Assembly: GCA_041640595.1 (NCBI GenBank)
Contig: JBEPZY010000001.1
Span: 736,001-800,000, forward strand
DNA length: 64,000 nucleotides
Direction of reading: 5' to 3'
From: Gemmatales bacterium
GTDB taxonomy: Bacteria; Planctomycetota; Planctomycetia; Gemmatales; HRBIN36
Shown: piece by piece, positions 29,376-39,676 of the stretch
Layout of the letters: the number at the start of each line of letters is the position of its first letter
How positions within the stretch are numbered: the first letter of the stretch is position 1
The notes under the pieces: model-generated
Told to the model about the DNA's origin: nothing
The model's input: only the letters and a program-made list of their open reading frames with translations
The model's database searches: none
Program-made: the position numbers and the translations under genes

Positions 29376-32300
29376 TTATTCGCGGACGGTAATTTCGACC
29401 GGCTTGGCTTCGGCACGGTTCGCTGGGGTGTAGTATTCGTAAGCTACCGTGCTCGGTGTCTTGGCGCGGATCGGATACTTCGGTTTGAGGGTGTATTCAA
29501 AGACTTTCACGTCGCCCGGCTTGACGTCGCCGAGGTACAGCGTTACCACCCGAGGCGTGATGGAGAAGCGTTCGATCTTCTTCTGCGATACCATTTCGGC
29601 AAATTCACCACCATCCACGGTGAAGCCGGGCGGAATGCCCAGGTCCACGATCACCATGTAGGTCGGGACTTCACCGTGATAACGAAGCGTGGCCTTCGCT
29701 TTGAGCGTGTCGGAGGTACGCAATTCGGTGCGGTCGTATTCCACGGACACGTCTATCACCGGCTTCTTCGGTTCAGGACGTTGCGTCCACGGCCGGTAAT
29801 AGCGAGTAACAATCTGGTACATCATGCCCGTTTCTGCGGACACGTTGATCCGCACCTCGTTCAAGCCGGTGCGGAGCTTGTCTTTCGGCACTTCAAACAG
29901 TTGCAGCACGTCGGAATTGTTTTGGGTCACTTCGCCGCTGAACAGTTTTTCGCCGTTGATGGTGACGGTAAAGGTGGCGTCTTTGGTCTGCGTAATGCCG
30001 CCGTAGCTGGCAACCAGAGCTTTGAGAGCGAGAATGGTGGCCTGGGTGCTGCCCCAGGTAGGTCCCTGTTTCGACTTGACCAGATAAGTCAGGGCCTGGT
30101 TGATGCTGTTGGGGTTGAAACCCGCTTTGATCATCGCCAGGGTTGCCAGAGCAGTGGTTTCGACGGCCAGGCTGTCGCCACGGGCGTACGTCAAGCCAAC
30201 GCCTCGCTCGACCGGGAAGCAGATCGCGTTCCATTCCGGTAGAGCCTTGCGAAGATTGTCGAGCGTCCGCAGCACTTCGAGAGTGGTTTCGTGTTTGGGA
30301 TCGTAGCTGGCCAGCGCATTGGCAACCAGTGCCAGCACGTAAGCATTATCGCCCGCTTCGTTGCGATGCTCGCGAATGTAGGCGATAGCCTTGTCCACTT
30401 CCTTACCGCGATAACCGCTTTCGAGTAGCGCCCAGGTCACGTAGCTGGTGAGCAGGAGTTTCGGATTACCCATTCGTTCGATGGTTTCGCCGTGGGTCGC
30501 TCCAATTTGCGACCAGGTGCCGTCAGACTCCTGCTTGCGGAGCAAGAATTGTTGCGTGCGGGTGATGACACCGGTGTCAATGGGATAGACTTTGGCCATG
30601 TCGGTGAATTCCATCAGGCCGTACGCGCTGAGCCAGACGAGAGATTCACCGTTGCCCCACCAATCAAAACCACCGCCGGGTCGTTCGAAGGTGAGGAGCT
30701 TCTGATAGCCGATGTTCAGGTATTGTTCCGCCTTGGCGAGGATTTGCGGGTTGGCCACACGGGCCTTTTTCACGTAGTCCGCGACCAGAATGTTGGGATA
30801 GGCCACGGACGACGTTTGCTCAAATCACCCAAACGGCATGCGGAGCATGCCTTCGACACCTTCAATGACCTGGCTCATCACGCCCGGATAAATCTTGACC
30901 AGGATTTTCGCGGAATCGGGGACAATACCGTCGGGAATTTCCACCTGATGGGTGGCCTGACCGGTGAGCCTGTCGGTGATGGATTTCTCGATTTTTTCGC
31001 CATCGGGCAGCACCTCAATGGTGCGTTTGATGGCATCGCTCATCTGTGTTCCGCGGGCGGTAACCGTCAGCGGGAGGTCACCGATTTTCTTGGCGCGGAA
31101 GCGGAATTTGACCGAGGTAACCTCGTTCGGCTTGAGGGCCACCTTGCGTTCGTAGCCCTGGCCGTCGGTCAGCTCGAACCAGTCCTCCTGCTTGAGTGTC
31201 AGGACTACCGTTTGCTGCTCCTTGAGATAGTTGTAAATGGCAACCGGGAACGCTATTTCGTCGTTCTGGGTCAAAGTACGCGGCAGGTCGAGGTCCACGA
31301 AGAAGTCCTGGAAGACCCGTAACGGAGCCGTGGTGCCGCCCAACAGTCCACCTTTGGAAGATGCCGAGGCAGTCAGTCGCCAGGTGGTGATCGAGTCGGC
31401 CAGTTGCAACGGCAGATGGGCAACGCCTTTCTCGTCGGTAATGAGCTGCGGCTGCCAGAGCAGCGTCTCCGGGAAGTACTCGCGGACGTAGATGGAAGGT
31501 TGTTCGCCAGCTTCACCGCCACCGGCACCGCCAGCGGCACCTTGCAGACCACCACGGTCTGCTGCTGCTGCCGGAGCGGCCAGAGGTATCGCACGAGGAG
31601 CGGCAGGCCTGGCGGCAAATTTCGCCTCACCCGCTGCTCTCAAGAACTCTCGCCCGTCGAGAGCAAGCTCTCGTATATTTACGTCCAGGAAGCGGTTACG
31701 GAGCCTGAGCCGATCCATCAACTCGTTGCCGCGGTAGCTGGCGAGCAGAGCTTTCCGCTCACCGGGCTCCACCCACCACAGATGAACCAATTCCGCCTCG
31801 GTCGGTGTGACCAGTCGAATATCATCGGCGGTGCCGAACTTACCATCCGGACCGGCGGAAACCAGTGCATAATAGGCGAACTGGTCTGCCTGAGCCTCCG
31901 GTTGTTTTTTATCCACAGCGACGAGACGAATTGGTCGGCCCCAGGCATCCTGAAGCTGGCGTTGCAGTTGCCGTTTCTGATCGGCATTGAGCTGAGGAAC
32001 CTGGCGATTGGGACCCAGGCCAAAATGTTGAACCGTTACCGCCTCCTCGAGGAAACCTTCCGGGAAAGTCCATCGGCCGTTCTGGAAGAGCTGTTGCCTG
32101 CGCTGCTGACTCCAGTGGATGACGGCCCAGTAGTGTTGCGCCATTCTCTGAGCGGTGATTGCAGCTGCCAGGCGGTCCGCTGTTAGTCCGGGGTGCAAAC
32201 TGGAGAGACTTTCTTCCGTTACCGGCTCACCGAAAGGCGTCGTCAGGAGTTTCTGCAGAATCTCCTTGTCCACCTCGCCGAAAAATTGCCGCACTGCCTG

Positions 32301-34964
32301 CCGCAGAATTCCTTTCTTGAACCGGCTGGTTCCAGTCTTCGCGTCGAACTCGATGCAGTCGGGATGGCTGTGAATATAGGCCCACAGCACTTCTCCCAGG
32401 GTGCGAATCTGCTCCTGAATTCGCAATCGCCGCTCGATAACCGGGTTGACTTCCCAGCGTTGCGGCGGTTTGGGCCGAACCGGTGCCAGCAATACCTGAG
32501 CGATTTGCTGCTGCTCCGCCGGCAATACATCCACCGGCTGACGCACAATCTGGTCGAAAGGCAGACCCGGCTGCACGATTTGCACTCTCGGTTTGAGCAA
32601 TTCCTCTTGCAGCGTGAAGAAGATTTTCTCTAGGCCTGGCTGCATCTCCTGCAGGGCATAAACAGCCTCATCCACGATGATCACGCCCAGCGCTGCCGGA
32701 ACCGGCTTGCCAGCTGTGTCGGTTACCTGGAAGCGAATGCTGGTGGCTTCGCCAGGTCGGAATGTGTCCTTTTCCCGCGCCACTTCAATCTTCAGTTCGT
32801 CGCGGGGCTGGACGTAAATGACCCGGCTGTCGCGGATGATTTCCCCATCGGCCAGCATCTGGTATGCGTGTACCTCGAGGCTGCCAAACAGCGCGGGCGG
32901 AATGTCCAGCTTGGCGCTGGCCTTTCCGTCCTTAACGTCCAGCCATTGCGACAGCAACACCTGGCCTGATTTGATGATGTCCAGATAAACCGTGGGCAAA
33001 CCGGCGGAACTGCGAATGTCCACGACCATCGTATCACCGGCACGGTAAACGGCTTTGTCAAGCCGCAACAGGACGTTTTCGCCGAATAATTCGCAATTGA
33101 GCTGGGCCGCAGTGTGCGCTCGATGACCCTGTTTATCCTGGGCTTCGGCAACCAGGTCGCAAACCAGTCGCGGCCCCGGAATGGTAATCGTCTGCCCGCC
33201 GAGCAACTCTATTGTCTGTGGCTCAGGCTGACCACCTAGCATGGGCCGAATGCCAGGTCGGCCCGGCCGAATCGGGCGTATGCCGGGACCTATGTCGTCT
33301 GCGAAACCCGGACCCGCAAACGCTTGCCGGAGGTTCTCCTTACGCGGAGTCAGCACAAACTCTGCCAGCCCGGCCGCGTTAGTTTTCAGCACTGCGATCG
33401 GCTCTCCACGTTTGCCCGAAGCCTGCGGTTTCCCCTGGTCGGAACTTTCCCGCTCACCGAACCAGACACGCACGGTGCAATCGGCCGCAGGGCTGCCGTC
33501 AGGATAAACCGCTGCCACGAAAACGCGGTTCTCCATTTCGGGTACCAGCCGGCCACCCTCGGCAATCAAACCAATACGGATCGGCTGATCGCTGACCGGA
33601 TAAGTCCGCGTAATGGTCTCGCTGTGTTCAGCGGTATCCGTTACCGTGACCTCGAACTTAACCAGCGCATTGCCCCTTTGCAGCGGCTGCCCGACAAAGT
33701 AGTCGGGCAACTTGATTTCAAACTTCACATGCCCATTGCTGTCCGTTTTCCCTTCCCAACGGGCAAATTCTTTGAATTCGACGTCGAAGGTACTGGCCGA
33801 GACTTTCACGGTACCGCCAGCCACCGGCTTGCCGAAGAAGTAGTCGCACTGCAACTCGGCTTTGACCGTTTCTTTGGGCAGGTAGAACTTCTTGTCGGTG
33901 GTCAACTCCACCTTGAACTTGGGCAGCACATACTTTTTCACCGTGACCGTCTTCTTGGCTTCGTGCTGACCGAGAGCAGCACGGATCTGGTAATCACCCA
34001 TGTTGACTTCATCGGCCAGCTGGAAATCCACTGAAGCGATGCCATACTCCGAGGTTTTCACCGACCGCTTGAAGACCTTGTTGCCTTTCGGGTCCTGGAT
34101 CTCGAACAGGATTTCACTGTCGGCCACAGGAGTCAAATCGAACGGACGCAGAGCCAGCGCACGCAGGTGAATGATCTGGCCCGGCTGGTACAAAGGTTTG
34201 TCGCTGACGAGGAGAATTTTCGGCTCGGCCTTCACCTGAACCGTCTGTTCCAGCTTTTCTTCGCCCAGTGGGCTGCGCGTGTGGATTTCGACCTTATACT
34301 GCCCAGGCGGCAAATTCGGAACCGGTACGGTCACCATGGCCGAACCTTTGGCGTCGGTGCGACCCTGCTCCAGAGGGATTTTCTTGCCGTCTTTGTCCAC
34401 CAGGCACACTGCAAATTCCGCTCCGCCGAGCGGAACCGTTTCGGTCAACGACTTCGCGCCCTGCACCTGCAGACGAAGCGCCGCCCGGCTACCCGCATGC
34501 CATTCCTTGCTGGCCAGCACCGCCGTCTCGTGAGCCTTGACCAGCAGCACTTTGCTCAGGGGCACCACAATCTGCTCTTTGCCAAACTCGACCCGCAACT
34601 GCAAATCGCTGGCAGCTTGCTGCGGGCGCGGAAACTCGAAGCGGTAGCTTTCGGCCAGGTCGGTTTGTTTGACGGCCAGTTGCTGCGTCGAGAGTACCTG
34701 GTTTGCGGAATCGAGCAAACTCACCTTGAGCGTGCCGGCCAGGGGTGCCTGAACTTTGCCGGCTTGTGGATTCTCAATGGTTACCGCCACCAGCAATTTT
34801 TCGCTCGTTTGAAAGGCCGCTGCACCGTCCACGGAGAGAACTCCTGCTTGCACCGGAGGCGATTGCAGAAGCCAGAAGGCTCCAGCAATTATCAACGCTC
34901 CCATCGCCACTACCATGCCTGCCCGCGCTGCCAGAACCAGCCTGGTCTTTGTAGCGTCGTGCAT
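29376..34964 (-). CDS. Alpha-2-macroglobulin family thioester protein, 1862 aa if the in-frame TGA at 30825-30827 (thioester Cys position) is recoded
   Basis: MG domains (SDKPLYQPGQ, YVLPKFKVEL, DYFFGKPV, VDEAVYAL); VREYFPETLLW; LADSITTWRLTA; FQDFFVDLDLP; MPFG-TGA-FEQTSS; thioester domain (GGFDWWG, LSAYGL, WGSTQATILALKAL) and C-terminal domain. The two track ORFs (30825..34964 and 29376..30806) are in the same frame. Confidence 0.88.
30772..30815 (-). promoter_or_regulatory. Candidate SECIS-like/recoding stem-loop 3' of the in-frame UGA
   Basis: ACGU-C-GUCCGUGGCC [14-nt loop UAUCCCAACAUUCU] GGUCGCGGAC-U-ACGU: 14 bp including two G-U pairs, starting at the 10th nt after the UGA. The loop lacks the canonical G. 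Confidence 0.45.
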
Positions 34965-35132
34965 AGGTCGTCTCCTCTTATCTCTCGTGGACTTTTCGGT
35001 GATAGAGCCCCTTCGGTGATAGAGCCCCAGTATGTGACGAACGAACCGTCCGATTGGATCGCGTTGGCTTCTGTTTTTTACGAGCCAGCTTCTGCTTATG
35101 TCCGAAACATCCGGGGCAACGAAAATCCACGC

Positions 35133-36200
35133 CTAGGCCGGCACTACTGCCAAGCCTGGTTGCGGCAGAGCCGAGGTTTTTGCTGGTGGTTGTGGCAAAA
35201 ACCAATCTGGTCGGCGTCGAACTAGGCGCACAAAGTCGGCAGTCAATTGAGGGTCAAGTTGTGTTCCGGCAGAGCGTTCCAGTTCGGCACAGGCATCCTG
35301 CCAGTCCAGCGGCATACTGTAGGGGCGAAGGCTGGTGATCGCGTCGAACACATCCAGCACTGCCAGAAGTCGGGCCAGCAGCGGAATGGACTGTCCTGCT
35401 AAACCGTCGGGATAACCGTTACCATCCCACCGTTCGTGATGGTGTCGGATAGCCGCTAATACCAGCGGATGATCCACGACAGGACGAACAATTTGCACGC
35501 TCCAGAGCGGATGCTGTTCAATGGTTCGGCGTTCCGACTCATTCAGAGGGCCAGGTCGGTAAAGCAAGCCCGCGGGGACTCCCATCTTGCCAACATCGTG
35601 GAATCGAGCGGCTAGGTCCAGGGCCAGCTGTTGCGGTGCAGGCAGGCGAAGCAGACGGGCGACCAGGCGAGCAGACCGGCACACCCGCCGGCAATGAGCA
35701 GCCGCTATCGGGTCATGCAGGCTCAACGCGGTTAATAATGATTCGGAAGCACGCAAAATCTTATGCGTCCGTTCCTGAAGGCGTTGCCGCAATTGTTGCT
35801 CCAGCTCGCGGACATGCCGCAACCGTTCCCGTTCTTCGCGTACCAGTTGCACCTGACGCTGCAAGACCGCATGCAGGTCGTCTATGTCCAGCGGTTTGGC
35901 AAAGCAGCGCAGCACGCCCATCCGCATGCAGCGTAACAAAGTCTCACGCTCGGCACTGCCGGTCATCATCAGACACACGGTTTCTGGCCACTCTTGCAAA
36001 ACCTGCTCGACAAACCAGAATCCATCCCGGCCAGGCAGCACAATATCCACCAGGACTATCGGCGTAGGTCGGCGTTGAAAAAGTGCCCAGGCCTCTTCCG
36101 CAGAACGTGCCCCTTGCGCTGGCAAATGCCACAGCTCCAGGAGTTTCCGCAGCAATTCCTGCACACCGGGCTCATCTTCCACCCAAGTGATCCACGCCAT
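35133..36200 (-). CDS. Response regulator with HD-GYP domain (cyclic di-GMP phosphodiesterase, RpfG-like)
   Basis: REC domain (VEDE, LVDIVLPGRDG, MMTG, AKP); HDVGK and HHERWDGNGYP. Confidence 0.9.
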   Translation of the reverse strand: MAWITWVEDEPGVQELLRKLLELWHLPAQGARSAEEAWALFQRRPTPIVLVDIVLPGRDGFWFVEQVLQEWPETVCLMMTGSAERETLLRCMRMGVLRCFAKPLDIDDLHAVLQRQVQLVREERERLRHVRELEQQLRQRLQERTHKILRASESLLTALSLHDPIAAAHCRRVCRSARLVARLLRLPAPQQLALDLAARFHDVGKMGVPAGLLYRPGPLNESERRTIEQHPLWSVQIVRPVVDHPLVLAAIRHHHERWDGNGYPDGLAGQSIPLLARLLAVLDVFDAITSLRPYSMPLDWQDACAELERSAGTQLDPQLTADFVRLVRRRPDWFLPQPPAKTSALPQPGLAVVPA

Positions 36201-36615
36201 CCCGTCTCTCCCGCTGCTTCGAGACACGAAATCCTTACTTCAACAGCGACTTCCATGCCCTGAACAACCGGAAAATTCACCTGCCATTCCGCTTACAAGC
36301 GTACCGACCGTACCGGATATGCCGTACTTGCGAACCTTTGTTCGGCGGGGACCATACCTGCCGCGTCTCGGCGATCCTCACCAACGTTTGCTGCGAACAG
36401 CTAGACCCGGCGAAATGGAAAAACCGCGACCATGACCAACTTGCTTGGCGCTAACAAAGGCAGAACTGAACTGGCAATGCACCCGGCCGGAACCGCCGTC
36501 ATATCTGGCAACTGTGATAACCGCACAAACCGCAGAACGCCTGAACCTGCGACAACGTTGCCAGCGAACGACGAACTTTGCCGATAAGGCATCAAGACGC
36601 TCGGAGGAATTGCGG

Positions 36616-37377
36616 ATGGACCGTAATACGAAAATGGCAGGGACGGCGCTGGTTTTCTTGCTCCTGGCCACGCTGCAGGGATGTCATTGCTGGGGCTGGT
36701 ACCATTACCACAACTGTTACGTTTACCTCGGCACACCGCCCGGCGCCAAAACGTATGGTCATCCGTGGTTTGCTCCGGGCTGGTACAGCGGTTGGCCCTA
36801 TGGTTACACTTCCCCCGCTTTCGGATACCCAATGGGCGTTAGTTACTCGCCAATTTTTGCGGAAGCAGAAGCCGTCGGGCAGCCATCGGTTACGGAAATT
36901 GCCCCCATGCCGCGCGCCTATCCTGAAGGTAGCCAGCCGGACTTGCTATTACCGCCACCGCGACCGGCAGCACCTCCGGCAGAAAAACCCGTTTCCCCCG
37001 AGCCATCCCGAACTGCGCCTGGCTCCGGTTTGCAGTTGCGCTTCACCGGGCCGCAACAAACTACCCTGTCTGAGAACATAACCTGCACGCTGACATTGCA
37101 CAACGCCGGCGACTCCGCACTTGACGACTTGGAACTGGTCCTGCACCTGCCGAAAGTAATCCAGTTGGTCAGTAGCAGCCCAGCAACGCAGGTTCGCGGC
37201 AACGAGGCAGTGTGGAAATTCGCCCGACTTGTGCCCGGCCAGACCGAGACAGTAACGCTCACTTTGCGGCCCGTGCACACCGCCAACCAGGCCATCTGCC
37301 ACGCCAGCGTTCTAGCCCGCGATGGTACCGGCGCTGCAACCGTTCACGCCATCCGTATCCTCCCATCGGATCGTTGA
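36616..37377 (+). CDS. Putative lipoprotein with C-terminal DUF11 (Ig-like) domain
   Basis: GGAGG RBS; signal peptide ending in LQG-C lipobox; Pro-rich linker; C-terminal TLTLHNAG...L..HLP...VSSSP...VWKF..L.PGQ pattern. Confidence 0.65.
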   Translation: MDRNTKMAGTALVFLLLATLQGCHCWGWYHYHNCYVYLGTPPGAKTYGHPWFAPGWYSGWPYGYTSPAFGYPMGVSYSPIFAEAEAVGQPSVTEIAPMPRAYPEGSQPDLLLPPPRPAAPPAEKPVSPEPSRTAPGSGLQLRFTGPQQTTLSENITCTLTLHNAGDSALDDLELVLHLPKVIQLVSSSPATQVRGNEAVWKFARLVPGQTETVTLTLRPVHTANQAICHASVLARDGTGAATVHAIRILPSDR

Positions 37378-37845
37378 TAGCGCGTTTTATCGACAAATCT
37401 ACAATGAGCTCCCCTGAACCGACTTCAAAATTGCAGCCAAAGTTTCGCACTGTAGCTATGGGTTCCCGGCAGACCGCCAATAGGGCACAGTCGCGCAAGA
37501 CCAGAGCGATTTACGTCCCCGCACTCCAGGTTTGACCGCGCTACCGACACGTGAGAAGTCATGTTTCAGAGCAGTTCCGACGCAGAGCAGACGTCGCTGC
37601 CGCACCAATCTGCGGTCCAGCCTTCGTTAGCGAAAACATGTTCGCCGAGACCGCACGCAATGGCGACGTGGCCGGTAAAAACGCAGACTTGCGAAAGCAC
37701 TGGCCCAGTCGAGAATGGAACCTGCGGCCCGTACGCCCGAAACGAGTTTGTAGAACTTGGGTCGCGCCTGCAAGAGTCCGCCAATAGACCAAATTGGCAA
37801 ATAATTCGGCAGCGCCAACAGCGTATGTTGCTTGAAGACGGAAGC

Positions 37846-37879
37846 AAAAGGGCAACCAACGGCCGGCCGCTGGTTGCCC
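37846..37879 (-). terminator. Rho-independent terminator for the prenyltransferase-like gene
   Basis: GGGCAACCA/TGGTTGCCC stem extended by a G-U pair (valid only on the minus strand) and three G-C pairs, followed by TTTT on the minus strand. Confidence 0.7.
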
Positions 37880-37903
37880 CTGGCTTACGTGAGTCTCGGC
37901 GAG

Positions 37904-39676
37904 TTATTCAGCCAGCTCCATACGGCGATACATCGGCAGGTGGCGGTAGTAAACTTCGAGCGTGAGAATGCACAAGCTGGTGGAGTAAATGCGCCCGGCC
38001 CGTGGACCGTAATCGAAATATTCAGCGGCCCAGGAACCGTAGGAGCAAGCAGATGGGTCAGACTTATCCTGCAGTTTGACCAGCAGGTCGCGCATATTGG
38101 GGTTCCACTCGTCGAAATACTTGCCCTCCATGTGATGCATCACCTGCGTGGCGTAGTACCAGCCGTACAGATTCAGGCCTCTGGGATTACTGACTTTGTC
38201 TTTGTCCGGCGGTCGGAAACGTTCCAACAGGTATGTGCAGCCGGCATGCAGATCGGGCACCAGCGGCCCCCAGCCGAGGTACTGCCGACACAGCAACCCG
38301 ACGGACGTCAGCACCGGGGTTCCGCCGCTACCAGGAGTGTAGCCATACAAGGCCTTCGCATACTCTTTGTCGCCAATCTTAGCTTTGGCAGACACCTGAT
38401 CGAGGAATCGGCGAGCACCATCGAGAGCGGAGCTGGGCACGTTCAGGCCGGCCATCTGCCCGCTGCGCAGGGCCATGATGACCCAGCCGCTGACTGAAGT
38501 ATCCCCCGGATCGCGCTCGCCGTAACGCCAGCCACCGGTCACGGGATGCTGGATGTTCACCAGATAATTCAGCGCTCGTTGCGCTGGCCCCTGCAAACGT
38601 GGATCACGTGTCATGCCGTAGGCTTCGCACAGGGCAATCGTGGCGATGGCGGTCTCGTAGGTGGTTCCCTTGCCTATTTTCCCACGTTGATCCTGCTGCT
38701 GGATCAGGAACATCAACCCCCGCAAGACATTGTTGCGATAGGGCGAATTTTTGGCCACATTGTTTGCCCCTTCCGGAGCCATGTGGGCGTGACCAGCTCC
38801 CAAGAAGGCCAGCAGGGCGAATCCCGTCATTGCGACGTCATGGGCACCAACGTTCTGTTCGGACTGATTTCGGCAACGGCAGCCCGGCTTGGCCAGATGG
38901 TATTTGTCGCCCGACCATCGCCCATCTGGCGACTGGTGCCGCGCCAACCATGCCAGACCACGCGCGACGGCGGCTTCCGACTCCTCGGTGGCGCCCATTC
39001 TCTTGATCAGGTTCAAGTCTCTACCGCCTCGCAAACCGATGCCGCCTCCTTGACGCGAACCGCCTCCGCCTCCACCGAGCAGACCCAGACCCAGTCCCGA
39101 TGGCAAAGCACCGCCTTCGCCCACTGCTCCGTAAGCTCGCCGCGCATCATCGGTGTGCAGCAGGAAACCGCCCAATCCTTCTGGACCCGCCATTCCAGGC
39201 CCTTGGACACCACCTTCGTTGCCCGAACCTATGCCGGCTGGAAGGTTCTGCTGCAACTTGGACGGATCAACTTCCAGACCAGCATTTTCGGGAACATCGG
39301 TCGGATTCTCCGATGGCAACGATAACTCCGGCGCTGCGGTGACATCAGGGGCATTATCCATGAGGTCATCGGCAAACGGATTGATGGGCATATTCTCTGG
39401 GTCATCCGGCATAATATCGCTCTTCGTTTCTTCGTTAGTCAACTCAGTGAGCGTTCGTTCACCGGAACTGTTTTGCCCTTGCGTCCAGGCGTTGAACAAC
39501 AGCAGGGCCACCAGGACGGAAACATTGAACACAACGCTGATCAGCATGGCCGGGATGAGTCGCAATAAATCACGCCAGGTCAAACGGGTATCGGCGAGTT
39601 CACTGAGCGGCACAAACCCCCGCAGCACCCGCACCCCTTGCGTTGTTTTGCCGGTCGGCTTCGCCCCTGCAGACAT
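37904..39676 (-). CDS. Membrane-anchored prenyltransferase/squalene-cyclase repeat (alpha6-alpha6 barrel) protein
   Basis: N-terminal TM helix and acidic/Gly linker; GLAWLARHQSPDGRW, GGWRY, DTSVSGW..MALRSG, YGWYYATQ, LTLEVYYR.LP; AAGGAGG RBS. Confidence 0.82.
   Translation of the reverse strand: MSAGAKPTGKTTQGVRVLRGFVPLSELADTRLTWRDLLRLIPAMLISVVFNVSVLVALLLFNAWTQGQNSSGERTLTELTNEETKSDIMPDDPENMPINPFADDLMDNAPDVTAAPELSLPSENPTDVPENAGLEVDPSKLQQNLPAGIGSGNEGGVQGPGMAGPEGLGGFLLHTDDARRAYGAVGEGGALPSGLGLGLLGGGGGGSRQGGGIGLRGGRDLNLIKRMGATEESEAAVARGLAWLARHQSPDGRWSGDKYHLAKPGCRCRNQSEQNVGAHDVAMTGFALLAFLGAGHAHMAPEGANNVAKNSPYRNNVLRGLMFLIQQQDQRGKIGKGTTYETAIATIALCEAYGMTRDPRLQGPAQRALNYLVNIQHPVTGGWRYGERDPGDTSVSGWVIMALRSGQMAGLNVPSSALDGARRFLDQVSAKAKIGDKEYAKALYGYTPGSGGTPVLTSVGLLCRQYLGWGPLVPDLHAGCTYLLERFRPPDKDKVSNPRGLNLYGWYYATQVMHHMEGKYFDEWNPNMRDLLVKLQDKSDPSACSYGSWAAEYFDYGPRAGRIYSTSLCILTLEVYYRHLPMYRRMELAE

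Noticed and set aside
29376..30806. A separate 476-aa gene downstream of a truncated A2M
   Set aside because: It is in the same frame as the upstream ORF, lacks a convincing RBS or signal peptide, and the split falls inside the thioester motif. A pseudogene is not excluded but no other lesion is visible.
37378..37845. Small gene or ncRNA in the 470-bp gap between convergent genes
   Set aside because: Only short ORFs without RBS or recognisable motifs, and no structure I can support apart from the adjacent terminator.
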